Shown here: one piece after another, positions 1 through 12,600 of the stretch
Numbering within the stretch: position 1 is the first letter of the stretch
Layout: every line of letters begins with the position of its first letter
Assembly: GCA_051294375.1 (NCBI GenBank)
Contig: CM119271.1
Span: 7,193,632 to 7,257,631, forward strand
Direction of reading: 5' to 3'
Source: Paraspadella gotoi
Taxonomy: Eukaryota; Animalia; Chaetognatha
DNA: 64,000 nucleotides
Program-made: the position numbers and the translations under genes
The notes under the pieces: model-generated
What the model saw: only the letters and a program-made list of their open reading frames with translations
Told to the model about the DNA's origin: nothing
Database searches by the model: none

Positions 1-2347
1 CCGACCTGATTGGTGGCGGCGGCGGCGCTGTCGTAGCAGAGGCAAGGGATTTGTCGAGGGTGATCCAGGATAACTTTCGTGATCTCTTCGGATTCGTTGT
101 AGGATTCGGTCAGCCAATCTTTCAGCTGAGATTTGTTGATCGGATCCAACCTCTCAGTAGCTTGCATCAGTCGGTCCCTGAGCTTTTGCAGTCTGCTGTC
201 CGAGCGTCGACGGCAGCAGAGGCGCCAAAGTTTTCCCAGAATCGGGTTGTACGTGAGAGCCATGACGTTGTCGACGGTGAACATCTTGCCGAGTTCGTTG
301 AAGACGACGTCGACAAAAAATTCGTCCTCTCTGAATCGGAGGATCAGGTCTTCGACGTCGAAGAGATGAGCGATGCCCTCCAGCTTTTCAAAGCGAAACG
401 GAATCAGGTTGAACTGCCCGTAACGTTTTTCGGGAAACCCTCCGCGGATCGTCTCGTCGACGATCCTCTCCAGCCGCTCCTCCTTCCTGTCTACTTCCGC
501 CTTGGTGTACTCTTCGTCGTAAGCGAATTCTTCCCCCAGCAGATGCATCAACAAGCCGACGGTGCCCCTAGTTATGTTGAAGGTCGAGGTGTTCGTCACC
601 ATGACCAATTCGCCGAGAAAAGAGTAGCAAAGTTTAGCCAGTTGGTCTCCTTTAGAAGTGAGAAAAGTGTAGACGGGGATTTTCCTCCGTCGAAAGTATT
701 TGCAGATGGCCATCCAGTCGTAGCCGGGGGTCACTCCGTCAAGACGCCGGATTGAGTCTCGACGGTTGTCGCGATGACTGGGACTCTGCTCGTGGTGCGG
801 GCAGGTGTCCGTGTAGTGAATGACCACGGACTGGCTCGTGTCGCCGTCTTTGCGGATCGAGTCGTCGATGAGGCGCAACACCTCGTGGAGACCCGACTTG
901 GCGGCTTCCGGGGTGTCGAGGTTGCCAGTCGGTTTAAGCTTATCCACGAATCTGAGGAGAAGTTGGCAGAAAGAAAAAAAAAATTTGTAAATTAAACAAA
1001 TGGTTCTGAACTTTTTTTTTTTCATAGTACGGCTTTAGTGAAAGCATTGAAGAGTCCCACTTATATTATCATGTTGTAAGCTTGTCCAGTATTGGGAACA
1101 AGGTAAGTTATTTATTGAACGAATGGATAATTTGATGCGTAACCATAAAGGGAGAAATTGATTCTTGTTTGAAAAAAAAAAGAAAAAAGAATTATGCTTA
1201 TTTTATAGAAAGAGCTGGAAAAAAAAACACCACCTTAAAAGATCCTCCTCCATGCATTCAAATCCGGCCATCTGAACCAGCCTTGGCCCGAGATTGTGGT
1301 CAGTGTAAGCGACGACGGCGATGCGGGCTTTGTTGCCCGGAAATAAAAGTCGGATGATGGAGAACAGCTGCGAACAATCGTCGAATATTTTAAGAAAATC
1401 TTTAATCAAAATTTAACATTTAAAAAAAAAAATTAATAGATTTGTCCGAATGCGAGAAACATCTCGCTTTGTAATTTGCCAGTGCAAAAAGGGATCTAAA
1501 TTTACCAACAAAAAAAAAGATTTTCTTTAACAACAACAACAACAACAAAACTTTAATGGCCCATCTTTACACATTCAAGATCGAAACGATAACAACAACA
1601 ATACAACCCACCACATTATGAACCGTATTAAGTCTTTGCGAATATCATGTTTCAACCATAACAACAACGACAACGAATCACCTGCTTCATAGTGTGAGCG
1701 AGCGAGCGCACGGCCGTTCCCATCGACCCCGTGCTGTCGATGAGAAAGATGAAATCGACCCGGGAAATCTCTCGAGGACCCTCTTCTTGGATCGCTGTCG
1801 CAGCTCCTGCGGCGCCGCCCACCGTTCCCGCTCCATCCGCCACGGCGGTCGCGCTCATCGCGCGAAAGCGTTCGTTCATGGTTTCGGCGGTCGGGTCGCG
1901 CGCCACGATCCTTTCCGGCGAATTCCGTCGAGGCGTCGTCTCGGCGCGGACGACCGTATCGAGGGGCGACGACTTTGAACGTCTTTTGAAAGGGAAGGGA
2001 AGGGATTTTGTCCTTTGTAGTTTCTCGCTTTTCTTTTTCGATTTTTCGATATTTTCCAAGGAGGCGGATCTCAGCGCCCTTTTCCGAACTCCGCCTTCGA
2101 CGGCCTTCGCTCCGACGATGTTTCGCCAAAAATCGGAAACCGTCTTCAAAATTCCCGAGGATTTTTTTCCCTTCGAAGACGCGGTGGACGAGGACGTGGA
2201 AATAGAGTCGGAAGAGGACCGTCTCCGTCTCACGGTGTCGTCGTCGTCGTCCCTTTTGCGGTTTTTCTTCGCCCGTTTCGACGACTCCGCTTCTTTACGT
2301 CTTTTTTCTTCCAGTTTAGCGAGAGGGGGGGGGGCGCGGCCGAACCT
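1..2347 (-). CDS. VWA (MIDAS) domain protein, spliced, 3'-partial (runs off window); 5' end unresolved
   Basis: Exons ~2347-1682 (..VDFIFLIDSTGSMGTAVRSLAHTMKQ), 1367-1234 (LFSIIRLLFPGNKARIAVVAYTDHN..EDLLR) and 951-1 (FVDKLKPTGNLDTPEAAKSGLHEV..VVIHYTDTCPHH..ALTYNPILGKLWRLCC..WLTESYN). GT-AG introns in compatible phases (0, 2). DxTGSM, GxxDxPE and TDxxPH are VWA motifs. No in-frame ATG at the 5' end of the open segment, so there is an upstream exon or an indel in the G run near 2330. Confidence 0.8.
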
Positions 2348-3285
2348 TTATTGGGCTCGGCACAGGAGAAGTTGTAACGCTGGTTGATTATACGGGACCG
2401 TTGCGGAGCCGAGTGCAAATAGAATAAAATTCAATTAATTAATTGTATTCGATATTTCTTTTTTTGTTTTTTTTTTTTCGTTACACTCCTTAATTAATTA
2501 AATTAGTTATAAAATTTTAGGAAAATTTAAACAAAATTGAGACAAACAAAAAAATGTTAACATGACTCTATACCCTATATGTTATTTTTTTAATATTTAT
2601 TTATAGATAGGAATGGCTAAAAATTGTTTAAAGATTTTTTTAAAGATCGGATTCAGGTAGCTTGCAAAGTTGTCTACATAAAGTATAATTCTTTTTTTTA
2701 TATTCTGCTCGTAAGTGGGTGAAAAATAAGAAAAATGGTTAAAAATTATTATCATCATTATCGTTCAATAATTTATTCATTTTTTTTTTAAATTTTGACC
2801 GTAAGAATTTTTTAAAGTTGTAATTATATTTTTTAACTTTTTGTACTCAGAATCCATCAAAATAATTCAAGATTGATTAAAAATTTTGATAGCAACAAGA
2901 AAAGCATTAAAATTAAATTTAAAAAAAAAGTTCTTCAACCTGAAAGTAGACATAAAGACTAAAGTTTTGTACCCCTGCCCCCTTTTGATTTTAATTTCAT
3001 AGTATATATCTAGCATTAACAACTAACATCCAAATATAGTACTTACCAATGAACAGTATGTATTTGGCTAAATGAAATATTTTTCGACGTTGAAAATTGC
3101 ACCGCCACTGGTTTGACAAGTAACGGATTTATCTTAGACTTTGAAATAGGCTGTGAGTTAAGTTAGTTGAAACTCCACATTGCAGAGACAGAAGTAAAGG
3201 GAAAATTTATTCTGCTCTCCCACAAGATAGCCAGCTATCCGGTGATTTCCCGAGTAAAGAACTGCGTAAAGTATGCGGGTAATTA

Positions 3286-3814
3286 CCTCTGGTTAAAACT
3301 TAGTATACTGTGTGCCAGATCTGCCATAATTTCATACCGTTTTGCGACCGTTTTGAGACCAGCAACGGATTGCTAGCATTTATACAATAAAGCCAAAGTA
3401 TTTGGTTAGTACCGATTTTCCTCTGAGATGTTCTGTAATACTAGTTATAGCATGTTAAAGCAACTTTACAAGTGCAAAATACTATGGCGTCAGTTGGTTG
3501 GTCGGTCTGTTTGAAAATTACTGCTGCAAAAAACCTTTTACAGGACTTGACTGGTTATATGGGTCATTGCTAAAGCATTAAGCAATTCACAAAGTGTCTC
3601 ATTTTTTAGTCTTTTTTTGTTTTTATCTGTCCAAATAATTTTTCATAGGCTCTAATAATACTCATTTCTCTTTACTCTTGTAACAGTTTTGCATTAAATT
3701 AGCTAAAAGATTATTTGGCATAACATATAGCGTACTAAAAAAAATATAGCCATTTTTAGCATAATTTAGGGCGCTATCTGGCACACGTTTTTTCTGCAGA
3801 GTTTTAACCAGAGG
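3286..3814. mobile_element. MITE-like non-autonomous DNA transposon
   Basis: Perfect 20-bp inverted repeat AATTACCTCTGGTTAAAACT at 3281-3300 / 3800-3819, plus a subterminal GTGTGCCAGAT / ATCTGGCACAC match. TA flanks the CCTCTGG termini. No coding capacity. Confidence 0.7.
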
Positions 3815-4199
3815 TAATTTCCACAAGGACGAACAACATAACTAATAATAATGAAATTATATTTGTGTGCAAGAAATCTTAAAGCCATGTATTTTGTCTT
3901 TATAATGATTGGCCAATATCAAGTCAGGTTCCGAAAACGTTTTTGAATGGAGACAGGACAAGTTTTTCCAGTTTCGTCTCGTTTTGTGTTTAACTGCGAC
4001 TAAAATATTTCGTATACTGCTGCAATCGGAATGTTTTTAATCGTTTTTATGATTTAGCATTACAATTATATTTTATAAATCATAACAGATTTCTTAATAA
4101 ATCATTAAAAATACTTTCAATCAACTTAATAATTAGCTAATTAATGATTTTATTTGTGAGAATAAGAGAGAGAGAGAGAGAGAGAGAGATTTTAATAAA

Positions 4200-4705
4200 A
4201 TTAAGTAAATGCGACTTGTTTTTTTTCCATTTAAGCTCATTTCCACTTGTGCGATTCCATCGAAACTTTAGTTTATATCTATCTTTATCACACACTTTCT
4301 TAACCACACACAATATTTCATTCCAATCCATCCATCCAATAATAAATAATTGGAATAATTATGAGTAAATATAATTATACGAAATATGCCTTTTGTTTTT
4401 TCCATTGAAACTCATTTCCACTCGCACGATTCCATCGAATCTTTATATCCAACTTTGTCACACACTTCCCTACCCACACACAAAATTACATTCCAAACCA
4501 TCAAGCCAATTACGAGTAATTAGAGTTTAATGTTAATGTGGGGCAGACAGACAAACGGACGGACGGACATCATTTTTTTCAATAGTTTATCATAATTCGA
4601 TGTTCTGATATGATAAAAATTATTTACCGACAAGCTTTTGGGGTGGGACCTACAAAGTGGATTTATAGAGTCGGAATCTGCTGATAAGCAGATCCGACTA
4701 ATAAT
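4200..4705 (+). mobile_element. Helentron-associated (HINE/DINE-1-like) non-autonomous element; 5' end uncertain
   Basis: Internal ~110-bp direct duplication (4219-4335 vs 4395-4505), (GACA/GACG)n microsatellite at ~4545-4568, then TATAGAG plus a terminal hairpin AGTCGGAATCTGCT-GATA-AGCAGATCCGACT (4669-4699) and an A-rich end. Confidence 0.55.
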
Positions 4706-5076
4706 GAGAGTTGTAGCTCAACTCTTCACGATTTTACATTTTATAAGTTGCGTTACAGCCTAATAGGGCGCGGAAGTTGTTCGTTAAGTAGTAATTGTAC
4801 GATTCAACATAAAGTTATAGATAAACTCGAATTTTTAATCCCTTGCATGTTATCTAAAAATATATGAAAAATTGAAAATACTTCACAACACTTACCACTT
4901 GTCTCCCGTTTGTCAATGCGATAAGGAGTTAAGGACTGCTCACTGAACGGCTAGCTGGTTTTTCTGTTCGAATATATATAATTTAATGCATACATGCAAA
5001 ATAAGGTGAAGATATGTCAAATTTACTATTTAGGAATATTTGATTTTGAAGCCGTTTCCAAAGAATTTTGAGAACT

Positions 5077-5924
5077 ATGAATTCATCGAAGTGCGTTGTG
5101 GTCGGTGATGGAGAATCCGAAAAAAAAACCGCAATGCTTTATTCTTATAGTATAAGTACTATAAGTATAAGTAGTATAAGTTATACTCGCGGATGTTTGC
5201 CAAAATATGGGGCCCCGATATTTTGAAAAAATGCACCGGTAAAACTTACAATTTATAATTACCTAAAATTTAACCATCTGTACTGAAAAAAGCAATATAT
5301 TTCCAGTGGATAAGGAAGATCTTGGGCGAATCCTACTCCATGAGCCTTTGGGTCACTGCCGGGCAAGACGATTACGATAAGTCAGTCAATCAATCCATGA
5401 TATTAAAAACAATTCGAGGGTTGAAGTTGACAAAAATTTTGATAATTCTGTAAGCAGACTTCGACCCCTGTCGAATCCCGATGCTGACGTTTTTCTCGTT
5501 TGCTTTTCCGTCCTGTCACAAGGGTCTATAAAGCAAGTTCATCCCGGAGATGAGAAAATTTTGCGCGGATGTTCCATTCATTTTAGTCGGAACTCAGGTA
5601 ACGCCAAACAAAAGACTTTCTTGATATTCATATCTTCTTGAAATATAAAATTGACGCAGATCGAAGGTCGCGATGACCCGAAAATTGTGGAGAAGTTGGC
5701 CCTCAAAGACCAGAGTCCTATATTGAAGGTTGAAGGGGAAACTGTCGCAAAAGAGAGCGGAGCAGGTAGTCTTGGTTACAGCTGATATGCTGATTGTTTA
5801 AATTCAATACTAAAACTATTTTTAATTGAAAGAATCGTAAGAAGAGTGTTCGACCGCGGGTCTTTCCGCTCGGAACAATCGGGATGGCCGAGATAAATAT
5901 AGAAGAGTCTGTTGTGTTTTGTAA
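5077..5924 (+). pseudogene. Cdc42/Rac-like Rho GTPase, unprocessed (intron-containing) pseudogene
   Basis: Exon remnants MNSSKCVVVGDGESEKKTAMLYSY / SMSLWVTAGQDDYD / LRPLSNPDADVFLVCFSV..(frameshift)..FIPEMRKFCADVPFILVGTQ / IEGRDDPKIVEKLALKDQSPI / ..RRVCCVL* (CaaX). P-loop GKT is broken, DTAGQ is changed to VTAGQ, and the switch-I YxPTVFDNY and ECSA segments were not found. Confidence 0.85.
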
Positions 5925-6222
5925 TCGTGAGGTGTTCTTATACAATATACTTCAGACTTATTTTTAATTGTTCACTTTTGTCATTTAAGTTACTGTGAGC
6001 TATATTACCTCCCAACCTTCAAGAGTATATAAGCTTACAGGGTCCTTCTTTAACCTACGTATCTACGGAATTTGGCAAAAAATAAACTAGATTGTTAATG
6101 GAATTATATTTACGGCAGTCTTGATATGATTGTTTTCGGCAGTTATTCGTTATTTAACAAATAAGAACAGAAGGCGCTTAATAAGGATTATACAGATTTA
6201 AAAGTTCTCGCCACTTATTTAA

Positions 6223-8566
6223 TTATTGCCCCGAAGCGGGAAAGACGTCGGCATATGCCGGCGGAGGGGCGTTGGGAGGGTTGATGGGGTGAAACGGGTT
6301 GAGCGGTTGTTCTGAGGCGGCTGCTGCAGCGGCGGCAGCGGGAAGCATGGTTCCACCCAAACCGGGGGACCTTGGCACTCGGAGGGAAGCTTGCCGATGC
6401 ACCGACGACGGCGAAGAGTGGTGTCGAGAAAAATGCGGCGAACCCGCCGGGCTTCCGCCGATGATTGAAGACTGCATCATTCTTTAAAAAAATACACAGA
6501 GGAGATAGATTCAAGGGTTAGGATTTCAGATAAGCAATTTTTTATAACGTTTCAGAGTTATAGGTCGAATATACTGACGTTTTCTGAGGCTTACAAATCT
6601 TAAATACTTTCAATATTCATAATATTAATGACCAACTTAAACGAACCTATGATGGCGACAAAGTCTAGGAGTGATGGTGGGAGTGTCTTGGGTACGAGTT
6701 ACTTGGTCGTAAGTCGGGATCGCAGGGCGAGGATGTGCGCGCGGGGAAGACATTGCCGATTGTCGCGGGGACGACGCAGGCCTCGAGGGCGTCGCGTGAC
6801 GCGGCGAGACGGAAGGAGTCATGACTGAAAAACGGATTGCAACCGTATTTAGTATGGCGTGACATCGAATCGTCGCAACAGATAATTAATACAGCAGTAA
6901 TTATAAACACTTGCCTGGAGAATTACGAACTCGATGTGGTGATCCCGGTGGAAGAGTCGTGGAGGGGCAATCGAAGCGATTGAGTGGAATGGCGCCGGCG
7001 TCCAAGAGCCCCAACGAACTGTTAAATAAAAGTCGTTTTGTACAGAATAAAGCTAAAAAAAGTTAGCATAAAGATGAACCTGTGATCTTGAGAAGTGTCG
7101 CTGGTTGATTGCAACACAACGATTTTTCCAGATATTTTTAGCCACATGCAAAGCGAAAGCGATAAGAGGAATACCACCGCCCCAAGAACTGCTAACGAGG
7201 GTCCGGCGTACCGTTCCCCGCTGCTGATTCTGAAACGAGAAATTGTTTTGCTTTGATTAACAGAAGTATATTCTACATTTAGATTAAATAGTAATTTCAC
7301 CTGGAACCATGACCCAAGTATTCGTAATCGAGGTTGAAGGGATGCGTCCAGGTTCCCGAGAAGTTGGCAAAGTCCATCGAGGTTCCGTTCAAAGTTATGT
7401 ACGGAGGCGGAACTGCCTTCATGAGAACCTAAAAATTTCGGCAATCTCGTAAAACAACGGCGAAATATTCTTTTATCAACGAGAAAATCGAAAAAACAAA
7501 CCTTAATTTCAAGATTTCGAGCTTGCGATTCTTTAAACCGTTGACGTTCGTATTGAGCAATTTGGTAAATGAACAAAATACCGATTGCGAATAAAAACAT
7601 GCCGACCACCAAACCGAATCCTGTAAAAAAGTTTAAAATTCATAATTGAAAGTTTAAAAATTGATCCAAAATTACCATATATATGAAAAAATACTTTCAC
7701 CCAAGCGAAGAGAAAAAAGAATTGACAACGGAAATGAAGCATAGTTAATACCTGCGCCGATACACTTACACCGCGCGACCCCTGCCTCCTCAAAAGAAAT
7801 GACTATGTCGCTACGAGCTACAGAGTTGGCAGGTTGCGCGGGCGAGTGGCGAGGGTCGGTAAGGGAGGAATCGTTTACGCCCGGTTGAGGCCGGGACGTT
7901 TGCGGTCGCAACCGGTGATCGCGGGAAGGAGAGTGATTCGTTTGATTGGATCTACGCTGAGGAGACTACAGATTTTTGACAGAAAGAAGCGGCAGGAATA
8001 AAAGAGCGAAATAAGCAGGTGACAATAGAGACAATTTTAGAGACATGGACACAGGAAATGAAATAAAGTGGAGCTAAAATCTACCTCATACAATTTTAAA
8101 AGGCTATTTAAAGCGAAAGAGGAATAAAAAAAAACAAAGAACCCCCCTCCCCCCCCCCAACTACCTGATCGACAGAAGAATTCGACGGCGTCAAATCATT
8201 GCTGCCGCCAGCGGGTGGATTGGCGAGGGGGTTTGCGAGGGAAGACACAGGAACGACAATAGGGCGATTCCCAGAGTCGTTTAAAGTTGCAACGCTGACC
8301 GAGGCCTCATTAGCAGTATTGACAGTCGAGGCTGTGGCCGGGTTGAGCGTCGGAACGTCGACCGTGACATTGTCGGAAAAGTTTGTGCAGGCGTTCGACT
8401 CATTTTCGGCGTTGTTGGTAGAGTCTGGAACGCCCGTTGATGTATCTAATTCCATAGTTGTGGACGCTTCCTCGATGAGGGGGTGTTGCCCTTCCGTTCC
8501 GGTTCTTTCGTTCACACTGGGCACGTCTGGCCCTGGAATCTCGATGCGAGTTGATTCTTTCATCAT
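6223..8566 (-). CDS. Two-transmembrane protein with low-complexity N-terminus and Pro/Ser-rich tail ending in a PPxY motif (TMEM171/174/PIRT-like topology)
   Basis: About 8 exons splice in frame: MMKESTRIEIPG.., ..VARCKCIGAG, FGLVVGMFLFAIGILFIYQ (TM1), ..YAGPSLAVLGAVVFLLSLSLCMWLK (TM2), ..IPTYDQV.., ..NAPPPAYADVFPASGQ*. One intron (6825-6914) is GC-AG. Confidence 0.7.
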
Positions 8567-9649
8567 TTGGCATATAACAAGTGCTACATAACTGAGGAAT
8601 TAACAGCAAATTCGATGAAACGCAATGAAGGATGAAATCGGCTTCAAATAACGATTTGACCAAGGTTCTTTGAAATTTCGATGCAGTAAGTTTACAATCG
8701 TGGGGAAAAAGAATTAAGCCTGCCGATCACTGTTGGCTTATCACTTAAATAAAACAAACTGATGAGATGTGGCAAAACGCAATTGAAATAAACGATTAAA
8801 AGTGAATAACAATTGAGAATTAATGAAAACATCGAACATGGGAATCATTGGGTCCAAAAGACAAGATTTATAGTTGATCTTTACTTTTCCCCTAAAATTT
8901 ATCCAATTCATTTTTTAAATTAAAGGATACTGGCTGCAATTTAAAAAATAGAATACGGATTACGAAGTTCCCTTTTCCCATTTTCGTTGCCAACGATAGA
9001 AAAAGTTAAAAATTGACCTCTGACTTTCTGAAACTGACATGTTTAAACATTATTTTTAGGAGGGCGGCGGAATAGTTTCAAACAATTATTATTTTGGCAA
9101 TCAAAATTTAACTGGTTTCTTAATACTAATAAAAGAAATTACGAAAGTAACGCATTTGGTCGGGGTTAAAGAAAACTTCATTTAAGGTCTTATCAAAATC
9201 AGTTACGGACACTATAACTGTGAAAAACTTAATCATTAAAAAAAAATGAAAACCAGAAATTTACGATATGCTAGAAACAAATGTTTCACATGATTATGTA
9301 AGCTAAATAAAATACTTAAAATTTGAATTAAGAAAAAAAATTTTAAAAAGTTAACTGGATTGTCAGTTACATATCTTCAAATTAAAAAAAAATGGAATTT
9401 TTTTCTTAAAACATTCCGAGGAGTTGGAAGCATATGAAGTGATTAGAAATTTTTTAAAGTTTAAATTTTTTTTTAAAGTGGGACTGTAAAACAAAAACAA
9501 AAACAAAAAACCCCGAAAAAATCAATTTTATGCCAGTTTTTCCTTATATTCCTTCTTTTTATTTCTATCCAACTTCAACGCACCATATTGAACATTTGAT
9601 CTTTTAGAGTCTCTTCCTTGCAGCATTAAATCTTCGTGGCCCCGTACTC

Positions 9650-12600
9650 TCATCGTTTTTTGCGACTATCCTTCTTCTTCTTGTGCGAGGGAGATCGAGA
9701 TCTGGAGCGGCGGGCAGAGTTGCTGCGTCCCTTTCCCGATCGGTCCTGCGGCGAGCGGGACCTGGATCTTCGCCGAGCAGCGCTGCTCAATTTTACGACA
9801 AAGAAAACAAACTCAACGTTATTTGCTTATAAATATTTTTTGACAACGATCATTTTTTACCTAAACTTGAAGGTTAATTAAAATTTAAATGGAACAGTTT
9901 TTACGTTTTATATAAAATAAAAAACCTGCTAGCTCAGATAAATCGTAAAAAAAGTGGAACAAAATCCAACAACATTTATGCAATAAAAATATTTTAGGGG
10001 AAGAAGGAAGAAAAACGGGGACTGAGTCGTCCAAGTCGGCGATTGGCTGCACCTGGGCAATGGGCTTCTGGAACGACCCCTGGTAGAAGAATGGCGAGCG
10101 CGAGACGGAGACTCCCGCCGATCCCTCCCGCTTACATCCGGGGTGGGCGACCTCTTTGGGCGACTCGTGTAATCAGGAGTGCGAGACCTATAAAACATTT
10201 AGAAAGTTGAGCTGAGAGATGTATAAAAATTTCGGTCAAAAATTTATTTTTCGTCCCATGATCAATTTTACTTACCTTGAGCGTCTCCTTCTGGTATCCG
10301 GCGAGGGTGTTCGGTTAATTACGATTCGACGAGTATCTCCAGCAGCAGGGGCGTCGATTGCGGGTCTCGGTGACCTCGATCGGCGAGATGGCGATGTGCG
10401 TTTAGGTGAAGAACGGCGCGAGGGCGATCGACTCGTTGCACGGCGCGCAGGCGAAGGCGTACGGCGCCTCACGGGCGACCGCGAGCTCCACACCTTTGAA
10501 GGCGGAGATCGACTCCCGCGTCGACGAGTCGGCGAGCGACTGCTTCGGCGCGGCGAACGAGACCGCGAGCGTTTCGGGTTTCTCTCTCGGCTCCGCGAAC
10601 GAGCCCCTGTTCTCTCTCGGCTCGTCTTTTCCGGGGAACGCCGCGAGGGTCGGCGACGGTCGGGGCTGGGTTGGCGCTTGGCCGGCGAGGGAGAGCGGGA
10701 AGGTCGTCCGCGACTGGAACTTCGACTCCGCCCGCGTCTAGAAGCGCGATCGGCCTTGTCGCGTCGGGATTTCTCGTCGGCCTTGCTGAGCAATTTGGAG
10801 CGGTATTCCTCCACTTGATCGGAGATGCTGACGCCCGGCTTGCGAGTCTTTTTCCCAGACTCGATCTCGTCCTGGAACTTCATGACCTTCAACTCGACCT
10901 CGCGCAGGATCTTGCGCTTTTCCTCCGTCATCTCTTGCTTCAGGAAGGCGGCCGTGGTGAAGCTGTCCTGGCTGTCGCGGCCAGGCGTATCCCCATAAGA
11001 GACCAGCGGTGAATCGGAGCGGGATCCGTTTTCCGCGGCGACGCCGCCAAAGATTGGACGGACGGTATCGTCGATCCTCAGCGGAACTCCGTCCAAATCG
11101 TCAACATTACTGTCTTTTGAATCCCCTTTAGATTCAAATATATCCCACTTGGAGGTTGTAACAGCCTGAGAAGTCGCGTTGTTATGATAAGAGATTTTTT
11201 CGTGACGAAGGAAGAAACAAGATGGGGAAGAGGAGTTAGACCGGGCGACCCCGCGGAGGAAAAATGGATTCGATCAGAGGCATTGACGCAACGTGACCGC
11301 GACGGCGTCGCGGAGCCTCGCGACGATGAACCGCCGATACACACCTGGGACTCCAAGGTGGACTCGTCCACGGTCTCCCATTTGCTGGACTGGAACTTTG
11401 CCTTGACTTGTCGCTCGGCCTCTTCGTCTTCCTGGCGCTTTTTGAGCGCGTCCAGGTCGAGCGGGACGCCGTCGTGGTCGCCGGGCATCGGGACGCCATC
11501 GACGTCGTCGTCGTCGTAACCGGCGACCAGGGGTTTGCCGTCGAGAACCTGAAGGTGCATAGCAATCAACTATGGAACGAACAAATAAATTATATTTCTG
11601 TTGTAAAAGAGCTCGTAATCAAAATGTTTTGGCCCGCTAACCTGCATTTGTTTTTGTCACCCTCAAATGTGAAGGGGTTACCGAATCGGCGATAAAAAAT
11701 TACTTAAATTTAAAAATAAATACAAGTTGATTCCATCCCACCCATTTAATTCTTGCTTCGTCGCACTTACGCTAATTAGTTTACCATCCACATCTTCGTC
11801 GAGCGGAACCCCATCTAGATCTTTCTCTTCCTCCTCTTCCTCCTTTACCAGCCCCAAAAACGTGTTCTGACATTGAATAAGCATTTCGCTGGGATAAATG
11901 GCCCATTCCTCCCAAGCGCGGAAACACTGCATGACTTTGCTCTTGAACTGTTCGGCTTTGAGTCTCGAATCGATGGCGTCCATCGCCTCTTTCAAATCTT
12001 TGACGATGACGAGGATCCTTGCTTGGAAGAACTTGCGGTAGTCGGAGGCGCGACGGACCCTGGCGCTGGAGTTGTAGAGAAGGTCGGAGACGAGGAAGAG
12101 GCGAGCGAGTTTCTTCGGCATCGGTGTCGACGGCATGGAGAGCGACTCGACGAGGCAGTCGACAATCTCCTCAGCATAATCGGCCGCCTCCAAACAGAAG
12201 ACCATCGCTTCGCCGATTTTTCCTTTTTCCGGCGTCAAGCTCTTGATGATCTCCTCCAGGCTGGAACGAGTCGCCGTACGCATCTTGTCCCTCGAGTCGG
12301 CCTCGGTCTTAGAAACGACGGTCTTGGGCTCGGTTTCCTCCTGTTTCTCGAACATATCGTCGGACATTCCCTGCTTGAACATGTCCTTGGGGGGCGGCAG
12401 CCATTTTGCGCCTCCTTTAAACATGGAAAACTCATCGGGACGCCAGTTGGTGGGCGTGTCGCCCTGCATGATCGAAAAAAGTCGCCATCTGTAGTAGACG
12501 TGGGCGGGGCTAAAGTTTTCAAACAAGAAACGGAACATGGGGTTATTGATCTCTCGGTTCATGATCATCGCCTCGAACATGGGGCCCTCGCGGACGACGA

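Noticed and set aside
51-995. Plus-strand ORFs of 234 aa and 73 aa
   Set aside because: Antisense shadows of the GC-rich minus-strand VWA exon. The same applies to 11873-12715, 19279-20349 and 34762-35748 opposite U2SURP, NEK and Notch.
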